DNA of 64,000 nucleotides from a virus (Duplodnaviria > Heunggongvirae > Uroviricota > Caudoviricetes): the IMG/VR virus record IMGVR_UViG_3300017987_000047; one strand, 5' to 3'. Below are positions 9,577 to 19,429 of the stretch, piece after piece (the stretch's first letter is position 1; each line of letters starts with the position of its first letter). Under the pieces are notes generated by a model. It was given only the letters and a program-made list of their open reading frames with translations, did no database searches and was not told the DNA's origin. Both the position numbers and the translations under genes were made by a program.

Positions 9577-9589
9577 GCTGCCTCTCCTT

Positions 9590-10306
9590 TTAAAATAATT
9601 CCTTTTTCGATAAAATAACCATACCCGAATTCTGTTCTTTCTCTTTTCCCCTAAATAGATGGCCCCGGAAAGAAACAAGATAAGAATAATATTTTTCCGT
9701 ATTTAAGATTTGATCAACTACCCCTTTGACTGCGAATTTTACTGGGTCATAGTCATCAAATACAAAAATGGTATTTTCATTTGAATGTTTTTTGCCTATC
9801 TCAAAATCTTCCAGAATTATATTTTTATTACTATGGTCCCCATCAATAAAAACCAAATCAAAATCAAAGCTTTTTAGTTTTGCTGTTTCAGACCGATGTA
9901 ACATCTCAATCTTAGATTTTGTATCTATCGGGATCTTATTATAAATGTCTAGATTTGAAGCCCAAACCGCTCTATAACCGATAGCAGTTTTTCTTTGTTC
10001 GTCCTTCCTTAAAATATCGACCGTTTGAATTTCTCCAATCGAGGGAGAAAGAGAGACCATATAGCATGCTGTTCCTCTTCCTGTTCCAACCTCAAACATT
10101 CTTTTGCATTTACAGTGGTCAGCTAATGCTTTGAGAATAAGGGGTTGCTCCATGCCCCAAGAAAGTTCAAAACAGTCTAAGGCATTTGGTTTGTTTTGGT
10201 TTGTTCTTGTCTTTGTATAATAACAAATTTTCTTTAAGGACTCTTTATCTTTTAACCAGTCGTAGTTAAGCAGCGAAAAAAGGTCCAGGAGATTGATATT
10301 TCTCAT
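9590..10306 (-). CDS. Class I SAM methyltransferase (Methyltransf_24-like)
   Basis: EVGTGRG, FIDGDH, VFDDY. Confidence 0.8.
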   Translation of the reverse strand: MRNINLLDLFSLLNYDWLKDKESLKKICYYTKTRTNQNKPNALDCFELSWGMEQPLILKALADHCKCKRMFEVGTGRGTACYMVSLSPSIGEIQTVDILRKDEQRKTAIGYRAVWASNLDIYNKIPIDTKSKIEMLHRSETAKLKSFDFDLVFIDGDHSNKNIILEDFEIGKKHSNENTIFVFDDYDPVKFAVKGVVDQILNTEKYYSYLVSFRGHLFRGKEKEQNSGMVILSKKELF

Positions 10307-10342
10307 CTTTATATAAGCAAAATTTTTTGATAAACGAAAGAA

Positions 10343-10708
10343 CTAGAGGTTTTTTGCAAGCTCTTCTGCTAGTGCCCAACCTCTAATAGTGGGTTCTAGC
10401 CTGGCAACGGGAGAATATATATCTTCGCTAAAATGGGGATCTAGCTCCCCGGTTTTCATAAGCTTCTCAAATTCTTGGTAGTTGTCATAGACTAATATCT
10501 TAACACCACCATAGTTCACGCAGTCGTGGTAACGAACCTCGACAACAATTGCATCGTTAACTCTCTTTTTTCGTACTATACTCCAACGATATTTGTTTGG
10601 GTTTGGGATTACGATAATTTCTTTTTCTTTTTGGATAATTACTTCCCTCGTTGGGGAATTTGGGGTATCCTTATCACAAAAGCTAGAGCTAAATAACCTA
10701 AGTCCCAT
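10343..10708 (-). CDS. Hypothetical phage protein
   Basis: GGAGG RBS; LDPHF motif. Confidence 0.65.
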   Translation of the reverse strand: MGLRLFSSSFCDKDTPNSPTREVIIQKEKEIIVIPNPNKYRWSIVRKKRVNDAIVVEVRYHDCVNYGGVKILVYDNYQEFEKLMKTGELDPHFSEDIYSPVARLEPTIRGWALAEELAKNL

Positions 10709-10709
10709 C

Positions 10710-11393
10710 TTAGTCCTCCCTTCGAAGATTTATCATATGCCACATTTTTTCAACCGCCCGAGTATTATTATATTCTGTTATACTATAATTTTCCCACTTA
10801 ATAAAATCATCTAACGGGTTATTACGTAAAAGTTCAAGTTTTTCTTCTGCTTCTTCCTTCGTTGTATAGATTGCGATCACTCCGAATTCGTCATAATCAG
10901 AGTATGTAATTGCGTAAACGGTTAGAGGTTCTTTTACCGGATTTAATAAGAATGGGTGAGGTTTTTGGGCATTCTGTACCCTTTCAATTAAATCTTCTAG
11001 AGATACTTTACAGGCTCCAACTTTAAGCATTTCTTTTCTTTTTTCAACCGTAGCCCTAACACACCAGAGAGGGGACAGTTCATGTGTTTCCCACTTTAAT
11101 TCGACTTCGAATCCAAACCGTGCTGAAACTGCATATTTGGGGGGTAATCCTATTTCGTCAAATTTTTGAAGGACTTTTTCGGCATAACTTAGGAAAGCGT
11201 CGAGGGTTGTCCCATCTTCTTCGTCTTCCCGAAAAGCTTCAGGGGAGTTATACCTTTCCCTGCCTTCTTCCCCAAGACTCTCAATCTTAGCAAGGAATTC
11301 TTTTTCGAGAAGTTCTTTATAGCTTTTCATAGCTTTATGCCTTTTTAAATTCATATCCGTAATACTGGATATCTTTTTCGTAAATTCTGGCAA
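10710..11393 (-). CDS. Hypothetical protein (true start may be internal)
   Basis: Long ORF in operon. Confidence 0.6.
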   Translation of the reverse strand: MPEFTKKISSITDMNLKRHKAMKSYKELLEKEFLAKIESLGEEGRERYNSPEAFREDEEDGTTLDAFLSYAEKVLQKFDEIGLPPKYAVSARFGFEVELKWETHELSPLWCVRATVEKRKEMLKVGACKVSLEDLIERVQNAQKPHPFLLNPVKEPLTVYAITYSDYDEFGVIAIYTTKEEAEEKLELLRNNPLDDFIKWENYSITEYNNTRAVEKMWHMINLRRED

Positions 11394-11946
11394 CTATTTC
11401 TTTTCGGGTTTTGTTGTAGTACCTCGAATAGTGGGTACGTGAAGATTTATTTCGGTGGGGAATTTTTGTATTCGGGAGGCCAATGCGTTTGAATACTTTG
11501 TTTAAGTCTTCCTGCAAATTTTCAAAACTACACAGCTGGTCCGTAATTTGCTGCCCGTCGCTGTGGGTGTAGTGGTGTATGGCAAAAGAATGGGCTCTAA
11601 CCTTCTTTCTTTTTTTACAAATTTCCTCTATCTCTTCGATAAACTTTTCGGGCTGAATCTTAAAATAACTGGCAATTGAAACTACTCTATCCCAAGGATT
11701 TCGAGTGACCGCGAAAATGAAATAGTTTTCTAATTCTTTTTCTGTTATCTTTTTCAGCCATTCTGTAAATTGTTTTGGGTTATCCTTTTGGTGGATAATA
11801 CCTTTTATCCTTTTCAACAAAATGCTGCGAAGTATGCTTGTTCCCGCAGTTTTTGCTGGCTTCATATAAATAAATCTTTTAGCTGGGGAGACAATAATTC
11901 CACGGGGATGGATATGATTTATCAAAAACTGTTTGCGTATTTCCAC
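11335..11946 (-). CDS. Sulfotransfer_2 family protein
   Basis: KPAKTAGTSI, RNPWDRVVS, FENLQED. Confidence 0.85.
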   Translation of the reverse strand: MEIRKQFLINHIHPRGIIVSPAKRFIYMKPAKTAGTSILRSILLKRIKGIIHQKDNPKQFTEWLKKITEKELENYFIFAVTRNPWDRVVSIASYFKIQPEKFIEEIEEICKKRKKVRAHSFAIHHYTHSDGQQITDQLCSFENLQEDLNKVFKRIGLPNTKIPHRNKSSRTHYSRYYNKTRKEIVARIYEKDIQYYGYEFKKA

Positions 11947-11985
11947 TTTCCCAAACCTTTCCCAAGCCTTTTTCTATCTTTAGAA

Positions 11986-12058
11986 CGCACCCGGTGGGAT
12001 TTGAACCCACGATCAGAGGGTTAGAGCCTCCTGCATTAGGCCACTATGCTACGGATGC
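11986..12058 (-). tRNA. Amber suppressor tRNA (anticodon CUA)
   Basis: Full cloverleaf; GGAGG-CT CTA AC-CCTCT anticodon arm; TTCAAAT T-loop; no CCA. Confidence 0.88.
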
Positions 12059-12069
12059 ACTTGTTATAA

Positions 12070-12143
12070 TAGGCACGGTGAGACTTGAACTCACAACCCC
12101 TACCCTGTCAAGATAGTGCTCTAGCCAGTTGAGCTACGCGCCT
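12070..12143 (-). tRNA. tRNA-Val(GAC)
   Basis: CTATC-TT GAC AG-GGTAG; full cloverleaf. Confidence 0.93.
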
Positions 12144-12156
12144 AATTTATAATACC

Positions 12157-12924
12157 TTAATCCCAGTCAAAAAAGCCAGAAATGTTGTCAATTTCAGGCT
12201 CTCTTTCATCCTCGCCCTCGAAATCATAAAAAGCATGCAACCATCGCATTGGATAGTTATCTGTTAAATCGGCTGCTAGTTTATTCACCTCCTTAATATG
12301 TGGGGATAACTTTTTCCGATACCTCTTAATAATTTCTAATAATTCCTTTTCCATTTCTGCGTAAACAACATCAGAATAGTCGTGCAATTTGCTAGAAGCA
12401 TTTTCGTATTTACGCATTCGTTCTCGAATTATTATTTGATCCTTTTCCGTTAAATCCCATTGAAAATTACATGTGGGGCATTTATAGAAATATATTTGAT
12501 CTCCCCTATAGTCCCCCGCAACTAATGGCCTATCCAGGAGGTTCCTACAATATGCCCCACATTCGGTACATCTGCACGTTGGGCCTGACCGAAAAAATGT
12601 TTTTAAGGTAGTGTAGATTAACCTTATTTCTTCTTTTAGACCAAATTTTCGTGATGTAAATTTTCTTTTGACCTTGTCTTTACCAAGAAACAAGTCACTT
12701 GACCCATCTTCGTAAATTAGGAGTTGGGCAGTTAAGGTTTCCCAGCCGAGATGAATCCCAAGACTTGGTAGGGTAATGGGCTCGATTTGAGTAACCCTTT
12801 GATGTATAAAACCTCCTTGTTCCTTTTCCCCAATCTTAAAGAAAGTCTTAAGCACTTTCTTTTGCCTTCTCGTTGGTTTTTTCGACAATCTATCCAAAAA
12901 ACTTTCTAAATTTTTCATTTTCAA
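12157..12924 (-). CDS. Hypothetical Zn-ribbon protein
   Basis: CTEC...CPTC. Confidence 0.6.
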   Translation of the reverse strand: MKMKNLESFLDRLSKKPTRRQKKVLKTFFKIGEKEQGGFIHQRVTQIEPITLPSLGIHLGWETLTAQLLIYEDGSSDLFLGKDKVKRKFTSRKFGLKEEIRLIYTTLKTFFRSGPTCRCTECGAYCRNLLDRPLVAGDYRGDQIYFYKCPTCNFQWDLTEKDQIIIRERMRKYENASSKLHDYSDVVYAEMEKELLEIIKRYRKKLSPHIKEVNKLAADLTDNYPMRWLHAFYDFEGEDEREPEIDNISGFFDWD

Positions 12925-12956
12925 CCTCTTTCATCTAGACGAGTATTTCAATATAA

Positions 12957-13045
12957 AGGGCCGGGTGGGATTCGAACCCACGGAGGAACCTAAACTCCCC
13001 ATCCGGTTTCGAACCGGACGCCTTAAACCACTCAGCCACCGACCC
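12957..13045 (-). tRNA. tRNA-Ser(CGA)
   Basis: TCCGG-TT CGA AA-CCGGA; long variable arm. Confidence 0.93.
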
Positions 13046-13047
13046 AA

Positions 13048-13581
13048 TTAATCACTATCCTTATAATTCTCTTCTGGCTCTATCCCGTAGCTCCAATTTC
13101 CAGCATGGATTCTAAATTTGGGTTCTCCTTTCAAATTTTTCTTGCTTGGATCTAAACCGGCATGCCAGTCATAAAACTTTTTATGTTCTTTCGCTTCTTC
13201 GTTTACTTTCCCTATCGCCCTTTTCCCATCGCTATCATACTCTGTATGACATCCAACATATTTTGTAAACTTTGCGTGAACCTCATCTTCTATTTCCCAG
13301 TCTTCCTCCGAAAGATCTTCTAAGACATAAATTATTTCAGATACAGATTCGTACGAGTCCATAAAGGAATCGATCATTCTTTCCGAGACTTCAATTGCAA
13401 TCCTAAAAAAGTATCTTTTACCCCCAAAAGAACAAACCCCAGAGAGAGGAAAATCCCAATAGTTTTTGTGATAGAGCATGTAAGCTTCCATTGGCTCAAC
13501 CCTTGGGAGGCTTAAAACATAACGATATGAATACCCGTTTAACTCGTTGATGTTTCTATGTTCGTCCTCAATCCTATCCAT
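13048..13581 (-). CDS. Hypothetical protein
   Basis: ORF coupled to upstream gene. Confidence 0.65.
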   Translation of the reverse strand: MDRIEDEHRNINELNGYSYRYVLSLPRVEPMEAYMLYHKNYWDFPLSGVCSFGGKRYFFRIAIEVSERMIDSFMDSYESVSEIIYVLEDLSEEDWEIEDEVHAKFTKYVGCHTEYDSDGKRAIGKVNEEAKEHKKFYDWHAGLDPSKKNLKGEPKFRIHAGNWSYGIEPEENYKDSD

Positions 13582-14365
13582 TTAACGTTTCCTTTAACTT
13601 TGAATAAAGCTTATGCGGAGTATTGTTTGATAGGCCACTCATTTGCCCATCGTTGATTTCAATTAAAACCCAACCCCCGTCTTGTTTTTCAGCAACATCA
13701 AGAACGAAGAAGTCTACATGCTTAGATGCAATTTTCGCAACATCCCTTGCTAGTTGTATCCCCTCCTCGTCTATTTTTCCCAATTCGGGGTTTTCCATTA
13801 TTGACCAATAAAATCCATAAGTCAATATCGTTTCTTTATAAAAGAAAAAGCGGAATTCATTTGTGAAGGGGAGCCCGTTTAATCCGATTTCAAAAGTTTT
13901 AAGGGGGATATACTTTCTGTAAATAATTCCCTGCTGGCTAATCATGGGATCTTGCATTAATTCTGCTCCCATTAGGACAGCATCTCTTTTTGTCTCGGCA
14001 AACATGTGGGTATTCCACCGAAACTTACGACTGTTCGTTAATCCTTTGAGCACGAAAGGCCCCTCATCGCTACAGGAAGCGAATTCATTTTCTGTCCAGC
14101 TCCTAGGGGTGTACTCTTTAAGGTCCTGGTAATATTCGAAGTTTGCGATCCATAAATGAGATCTGTGAGAGTTAATAAGTGTTGACCCTAAATTATTAAC
14201 ATCAACTTCTAGCTCTTTATAATAAGGAAGCGCAGAATATCGGGGGATTACAAGCGAGCCTGTAGGAATTTCAGAGCGGTACTCAACCACTTGAAAATAC
14301 TCTTTTGCAATATTAAACTCTTCTTCGCTGTCGTAGTCTTTTCTAAAGAGGATAACCGGTTTCAT
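13574..14365 (-). CDS. ATP-grasp domain protein (R2K/DUF4343-like)
   Basis: EFRFF and FVLDVA...IEINDGQMSG. Confidence 0.8.
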   Translation of the reverse strand: MKPVILFRKDYDSEEEFNIAKEYFQVVEYRSEIPTGSLVIPRYSALPYYKELEVDVNNLGSTLINSHRSHLWIANFEYYQDLKEYTPRSWTENEFASCSDEGPFVLKGLTNSRKFRWNTHMFAETKRDAVLMGAELMQDPMISQQGIIYRKYIPLKTFEIGLNGLPFTNEFRFFFYKETILTYGFYWSIMENPELGKIDEEGIQLARDVAKIASKHVDFFVLDVAEKQDGGWVLIEINDGQMSGLSNNTPHKLYSKLKETLNG

Positions 14366-14366
14366 G

Positions 14367-14870
14367 TTAATCTGCTTTCTTTTTTGCTCTTTCTCTTCGT
14401 TTAATTGCTACTAATTCTTTTACGACCGGGAAGCTTTCCGAATCACCCTTATACCCATTACATTCAACACAAAGCGGTTGTAAGTTAAAAATCCGTGAAA
14501 TCCCCCCTTTGGATGCTGGTACAATATGATCCCTTGTTAAATCAATTTTATATCCGTACTCGTCCAAAACAAAAGGAAAGAGACGAATTCTTTTGCGAGG
14601 GTCTTTTACATTATTATTTTTCCGAATATCAAAACCAGCACAATCGAGGCCACAACAAACACATCCTGCTTTTTTAAGTTTTAAAAGTTGTAGGAGTTGA
14701 GTGTTTGTTCGGACAACATACCCCCGAATTTCGGAGTGGATAAAGTTTGTGAACTCTTTTCCCCCTTTGTCGTACATCTCTTTATAATTCGGGTCGAAGA
14801 TCGTCTTTAGATGTGGAAGTATTTCCTCTAAAGGGATATTCCTAACCAGTGTTGTCCATTCTTTAGCCAT
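14367..14870 (-). CDS. HNH-domain protein
   Basis: CVCC; DHIVPASKGG...NLQPLCVECNGYK. Confidence 0.8.
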   Translation of the reverse strand: MAKEWTTLVRNIPLEEILPHLKTIFDPNYKEMYDKGGKEFTNFIHSEIRGYVVRTNTQLLQLLKLKKAGCVCCGLDCAGFDIRKNNNVKDPRKRIRLFPFVLDEYGYKIDLTRDHIVPASKGGISRIFNLQPLCVECNGYKGDSESFPVVKELVAIKRRERAKKKAD

Positions 14871-14901
14871 ATTGTATCTTTAGTTCGAGAAATTCCTCCT
14901 A

Positions 14902-15255
14902 TTATATATACGGAAAAGTTTTAAAAGAAGTTGTCGTTAAGTCGTCGTAAATGCCATTTTTAAGAGCTTTCTTGGCTAAATCCCTTACAATTTTATGCGC
15001 GGAGGTTAAAAAAGCCCGGATTGGCACTTCTTCATGGTAGTTATTGTTATCCTTAAAATTCCAAGGGAAATCCCAGTCCCATGTGTAATAGGGGGTAGCT
15101 GAATTAATGTACAGTAACCCTTTTTCTAAAGCCGCTTCCCCCTTACGTTGATATGATATCCCCATAATAGGAAACGCAGAAATGGAGGAAGGAACATTCA
15201 TTGGGGAATACTTTATTTTTGGACGGAAAAAAGTTATGGGTGGTTTTTCAGCCAT
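14902..15255 (-). CDS. Hypothetical protein with LLTH-type tag
   Basis: AFLTSAHKIVRDLAKK. Confidence 0.65.
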   Translation of the reverse strand: MAEKPPITFFRPKIKYSPMNVPSSISAFPIMGISYQRKGEAALEKGLLYINSATPYYTWDWDFPWNFKDNNNYHEEVPIRAFLTSAHKIVRDLAKKALKNGIYDDLTTTSFKTFPYI

Positions 15256-15779
15256 TGTTTTGCATATTTTCTAAGTTCGGGGGCATCGCTGGTTAAAAGC
15301 TTTTCCATTTTGTTGTGCGCCTGGATTAAATAAAACCACCAACAATCCTTTGCAAATTTAAATTCGGGAACCTGAAAAGCTAAACAGTTCGTTGCTTGGT
15401 TTAGCAAAAAAGGAATTTCTGAAATGGGGTCTGGCCAAGGAAAAGCGACATTATCAAAAATTAAACAGGTTGGAGGTTCCATCCCCCGATGGCGGGTTAG
15501 GTCCACAACCCCAGGGAATACATAAAGCGTAGAATTTGATCCCGGTAAAGTAAACCTAGGATTATTATGCCTACCCGATTTATTTATCTCCGGAACCAAT
15601 CCAGTCAAATTTATATCATCATAGCCTGAAAAACAATAGATATTTTCATTTTGTTTTTTAAGATATTTGAGTGCGTATAAGGCGCATGTCGTAGTTGCCC
15701 CTTTTCTCCTTTCCCAAACATAAGCTTGAATAGAGTTTTCTTTTGCTAAAATGTCTTTTTGTTCTTGTCTAAGTATCAT
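15234..15779 (-). CDS. Hypothetical protein, degenerate P-loop-like, C-terminal tag
   Basis: ERRKGATT; KLLTSDAPELRKYAK. Confidence 0.65.
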   Translation of the reverse strand: MILRQEQKDILAKENSIQAYVWERRKGATTTCALYALKYLKKQNENIYCFSGYDDINLTGLVPEINKSGRHNNPRFTLPGSNSTLYVFPGVVDLTRHRGMEPPTCLIFDNVAFPWPDPISEIPFLLNQATNCLAFQVPEFKFAKDCWWFYLIQAHNKMEKLLTSDAPELRKYAKQWLKNHP

Positions 15780-16747
15780 ATTTTATGAGTTTGAGCTGCT
15801 TTATTACAGTAATCAATACAAACATCTAGACACATCTTTTTACAAATTGGGTCTTTTTGGGAGTTATGCCTTTTCAACCACTCGTACCTCTCTTCTCTCA
15901 TGTTTGGGCCAACCTTACCAATTGGGTCTCCCCCTTCCCTCAGGTAGATAATACATGGGAAGTGGTAGTCTCCAGCGATTGCCATATCATCTAAAACTAA
16001 CCAACATTTATCACAATCAGTTTCTCTTAATCCCCGAACATGTCGGACAGCATTAATATTTTTAATCCGATACTTAAGAATTGGGAGCCGGTCAAGAACT
16101 TCTCCCGGCAATTCTGCTAACTTGGATAAAGCCTGGTCGTACTGAGCCGCTGGTATAACCCGCACATCTGAAACCCCCAATGAATCTGCGAATAAGACTG
16201 ATTCTTTACAGTCGTCAATGTTGCTTTCGGTGAAAACCATCCCAACAGTGACATAGGTAATTTTGCTAAGCTCCCGAATTGTACCAACGACCTTATCCCA
16301 AGCACCTGGAATGCCCCCAGCCATTTTATCGCCAATTGAGCAACACCCACCATCCAATGATATGGAAAAGTCATTTGCTCCTGCTTCTACCAACTGGCGG
16401 TAAAGTTCCATAGAAGCAGAGCCGTTTGTGGAAATTGCTATACGCTCAACCCCACCATCTTTACATTGCTTAACTAGCTCAGGTAATCCTTTATAAAGAG
16501 TTGGTTCCCCTCCTGAAAACCTAACATTCTTGAGCTTTTCCTTTGTCCAGTATGAGAGAATCTGGGAAGCTTTTTCAAAAGGAATTGTTCCTTTGATATC
16601 GTCTCTTAGCCCTCGGCAATAAGGACACCGAAAATTACACTTATCAGTAAGAATAAGTTCACACCTCCATAAAGGCGTTTTCGTTGAACAATTGAATGCT
16701 CTTTGGTCGCTTAAGGTATAGAAACCGATATCTTCTAACTTACTCAT
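15776..16747 (-). CDS. Radical SAM protein
   Basis: CNFRCPYC, SGGEP, C-terminal Cys cluster. Confidence 0.9.
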   Translation of the reverse strand: MSKLEDIGFYTLSDQRAFNCSTKTPLWRCELILTDKCNFRCPYCRGLRDDIKGTIPFEKASQILSYWTKEKLKNVRFSGGEPTLYKGLPELVKQCKDGGVERIAISTNGSASMELYRQLVEAGANDFSISLDGGCCSIGDKMAGGIPGAWDKVVGTIRELSKITYVTVGMVFTESNIDDCKESVLFADSLGVSDVRVIPAAQYDQALSKLAELPGEVLDRLPILKYRIKNINAVRHVRGLRETDCDKCWLVLDDMAIAGDYHFPCIIYLREGGDPIGKVGPNMREERYEWLKRHNSQKDPICKKMCLDVCIDYCNKAAQTHKI

Positions 16748-16748
16748 T

Positions 16749-17315
16749 TTACTTTCCTAGCGCCTTCTTGGCTATTTTCCGTATAGCCTTGTCATCCGAT
16801 GTTAAAAGTTCCCGTGCGGGCCCTAGCTCTTTTGCATTTCTCCTTTCCCAAACGTCCTCGTTTATACGGAGGGTTGTAAAGGCCTTAAAAAAGAACGGGC
16901 TAAGGACATATGCTGTATAGATTTTTGGGTTACCTGTTTTCATATAACAAATCCTAAATAACCCATTATAGAAAAAGCTAATTCCGAAGTCATTAAATGT
17001 GGGGGATGGGTAAGCATAAATTGTGCGATCTTTCCATATTTCCCGAGCCTGAGAAACGGTAACAACAAAATGAATGAAACTAACGCCTAGAATAGGAAAG
17101 GTAGCATTAGATAAAATTTCAAAAATAAGCCCTCCTTCGAAGTTTAACTTTACACAGAGTATACTTAAAATTAAACAAATGAAAAATTCCAACGTGAGTA
17201 TTAAACTTGATACAAGAGGATGAACTCGACTGTATCCTATCTTTCTCAGAAATCTTCGGGAATTAACCCAGGTACTTTTTAGATAGCCGAACAGCTTCAT
17301 GGCGTGAGGACCCAA
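16749..17315 (-). CDS. Membrane protein with C-terminal tag
   Basis: Two hydrophobic segments; ELLTSDDKAIRKIAKK. Confidence 0.65.
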   Translation of the reverse strand: MGPHAMKLFGYLKSTWVNSRRFLRKIGYSRVHPLVSSLILTLEFFICLILSILCVKLNFEGGLIFEILSNATFPILGVSFIHFVVTVSQAREIWKDRTIYAYPSPTFNDFGISFFYNGLFRICYMKTGNPKIYTAYVLSPFFFKAFTTLRINEDVWERRNAKELGPARELLTSDDKAIRKIAKKALGK

Positions 17316-17601
17316 TCAACTTGTAAAGGTCGTCGGGATGAAATCCCTTAACAAAATCTTTTCCTTTTGAAGAATGGAAAACCTCTGCTTTAACGTGGCA
17401 GTGTTCGCATAAGCTTATTCCATTTTGGGGGATATACCCCCCACTCGGCATTTCATTCCTGTCTACAATATGGTGTGCGTCAAGCTCTTCCTCTGCCTTT
17501 TCGGGAGTGGTTTTAAAACCACAACCGCGACAAGTATATTTGTCTCGTTGAAAAACAGCGGTTCGAAAAGCTCTTCGCAACTCTTTTTTCTTATTGCCCA
17601 T
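17263..17601 (-). CDS. HNH endonuclease
   Basis: RDKYTCRGCG, DAHHI, NGISLCEHCH. Confidence 0.85.
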   Translation of the reverse strand: MGNKKKELRRAFRTAVFQRDKYTCRGCGFKTTPEKAEEELDAHHIVDRNEMPSGGYIPQNGISLCEHCHVKAEVFHSSKGKDFVKGFHPDDLYKLIGSSRHEAVRLSKKYLG

Positions 17602-17824
17602 CCTTTAATCCCTCATCTGCCTTTTTCTCTTGGATCGTCTTTTCTTTATACCATTTTCGAGGGTTCCCGCACATTGAACATGAGCACCTCTTTCCATGGT
17701 TTAATTCCCGGCTAACTTCCCGCTCAAGCATGTCCGGCCGCGCCCCAAACACCCATTGGAGTCTTTTCGAAAGTTTTTGGCGCATCCGTTCTCTTTGGTG
17801 CATTCTGAATGGGGTATCTCTCAT
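17591..17824 (-). CDS. Small basic CSCxMCGNPRK protein
   Basis: AGGAG RBS; Cys motif. Confidence 0.7.
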   Translation of the reverse strand: MRDTPFRMHQRERMRQKLSKRLQWVFGARPDMLEREVSRELNHGKRCSCSMCGNPRKWYKEKTIQEKKADEGLKDGQ

Positions 17825-17978
17825 TTTTATCTCCTGCTTTAATCTAGTTTTAGATCCTTATCGCGCGTAGTCATCCGTTTTGCTGCGCGTATTCGTGTCT
17901 CTACTTCTGGTCGGGGAGGCTTAGTATACGCTTCTTTTATGGCTTTGCTAACTTTTTCTCTAAAATCTCTTAAGCTTT

Positions 17979-18503
17979 TCATTTTGTCTGCGTCCCGCAT
18001 CCTTTCCCCTTTCTCATTTTTAATTTTGCGAATCGTCTTTGCTTAGGTTCCTTCGAGGTTAGTAGGGCTTTTATATTTTCACCTTCAAAGGCTTTATTGA
18101 ACGTAAACCAAATCCAAGGCCGCTCTAAGGAATGGAACCAATTATAAATATTTTTAATTTTTATCTTTTTCCCTTCCACCCATATTTTCGCGGTTGGAAT
18201 ATATAGTATCTCGTTCTTTTCTTGAGGTATCTTTTGAAGATACCCTTTTTCTACTGCTGCCGTAATCAAAGTAGCTAGGTAGGAACAAAGAATGATATCG
18301 TCAACGCTTAAGGCATGGCGACACCCGAGATAAAAACAATAAAAGACGCCCGGAGTCTCGCTTACCATCTCCATGCACCCTTGGAATACCTCAACCGGCG
18401 GCTCGTTAGTCATCCCTCCAGCGAAATTACTACGCAGAATTTGGAGTATTGAATGGGTAGGGGCGCTTCTTAAAAAGCTAATAAACTCTTCAAACCCTTC
18501 CAT
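17979..18503 (-). CDS. Hypothetical protein with C-terminal tag
   Basis: ALLTSKEPKQRRFAK. Confidence 0.65.
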   Translation of the reverse strand: MEGFEEFISFLRSAPTHSILQILRSNFAGGMTNEPPVEVFQGCMEMVSETPGVFYCFYLGCRHALSVDDIILCSYLATLITAAVEKGYLQKIPQEKNEILYIPTAKIWVEGKKIKIKNIYNWFHSLERPWIWFTFNKAFEGENIKALLTSKEPKQRRFAKLKMRKGKGCGTQTK

Positions 18504-18538
18504 GGCACTTCCTATTCATGAGACAATCTTCTGGTTAA

Positions 18539-18612
18539 TGGGCGTGGAGGGACTCGAACCCCCGATATCCTGCGCGTAAAGCAGGCGCTCTAGCCAGCTG
18601 AGCCACACGCCC
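18539..18612 (-). tRNA. tRNA-Val(TAC)
   Basis: CCTGC-TT TAC GC-GCAGG. Confidence 0.93.
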
Positions 18613-18969
18613 TTATGCATGATTCCAAAACCCCCAGGATACTTTTCCTCCGTTGTGTAAATCATCCGTAATAAATTTTACTTTATCGTAAAGCTCTTCA
18701 AACGTATAGAAATCGCCTGGCCCAGTCCATCTCCCATCTGGGAAAATATATTTATAATACCAGCCACGGCCGTCAACAGAAAAATTTTTCCCGATATGAA
18801 GAATTTCTTTATTTGGGAGCGTTATCTTAAAAAGAACCCTTTCCCAAAAATTAATTGCAAACTTTATGGCCTGGCACGTTGTTGGGAACCCAAGTCCCAA
18901 TATCATTTTCGCACGCTTACGAACTTCTGGATACTTATCCGTAAGAAGTTTTTCAGCCGGAAACTCCAT
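18613..18969 (-). CDS. Hypothetical protein with N-terminal tag
   Basis: GGAGG RBS; KLLTDKYPEVRKRAK. Confidence 0.65.
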   Translation of the reverse strand: MEFPAEKLLTDKYPEVRKRAKMILGLGFPTTCQAIKFAINFWERVLFKITLPNKEILHIGKNFSVDGRGWYYKYIFPDGRWTGPGDFYTFEELYDKVKFITDDLHNGGKVSWGFWNHA

Positions 18970-19415
18970 TTCTGCCTCCTGCGGTATTTTTTTGCCATTT
19001 TTCGAAGAAAAGGATCTTCGCTAGTTAAAAGTAAAAGTGTTGGTAGCTTCCTAAAAAGCTTCCCGAATTTTTCGGTGACCAAATCTAGGGTGTCTAGCTC
19101 TTTAGCTCCAAAGATATATTCACTATGGACACCACTTTTATAAGACTCCTCTCTCCGAACTTCTTCCACACGCCCTATAAAATCAACCTTAACAATATAA
19201 GATCTTCGAAACCGAGGGGCCCAGAAAATTTCAAACCATTTATATTTTTCATTGACGACCAAAGTTCCGGAGAAGAAATTCCAATATTTTCCCAGAGTCC
19301 CGAGGCCGAACCTTTTATTTACACGATTCCCTAGAGAATCTGCCTTCACGATTTTCCCATTTTTAGAGTTCTCAAAAACTACTTTAGCCAGGTATCCTAG
19401 CTCGTGGTTTTTCAT
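18903..19415 (-). CDS. Hypothetical protein with C-proximal tag
   Basis: Start moved downstream of tRNA; LLLTSEDPFLRKMAKK. Confidence 0.65.
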   Translation of the reverse strand: MKNHELGYLAKVVFENSKNGKIVKADSLGNRVNKRFGLGTLGKYWNFFSGTLVVNEKYKWFEIFWAPRFRRSYIVKVDFIGRVEEVRREESYKSGVHSEYIFGAKELDTLDLVTEKFGKLFRKLPTLLLLTSEDPFLRKMAKKYRRRQKWSFRLKNFLRISIQKFVSVRK

Positions 19416-19429
19416 AAGATATTCCTTAG

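Noticed and set aside
10308-10339. Twelfth CG-N21-TATAAA promoter (minus strand)
   Set aside because: The -10 hexamer lies 1 nt from the annotated ATG, too close unless the true start is downstream; not counted.
15234-15779. Terminase large subunit
   Set aside because: Walker A is degenerate (RRKGATT), protein is only 181 aa and has no nuclease domain.
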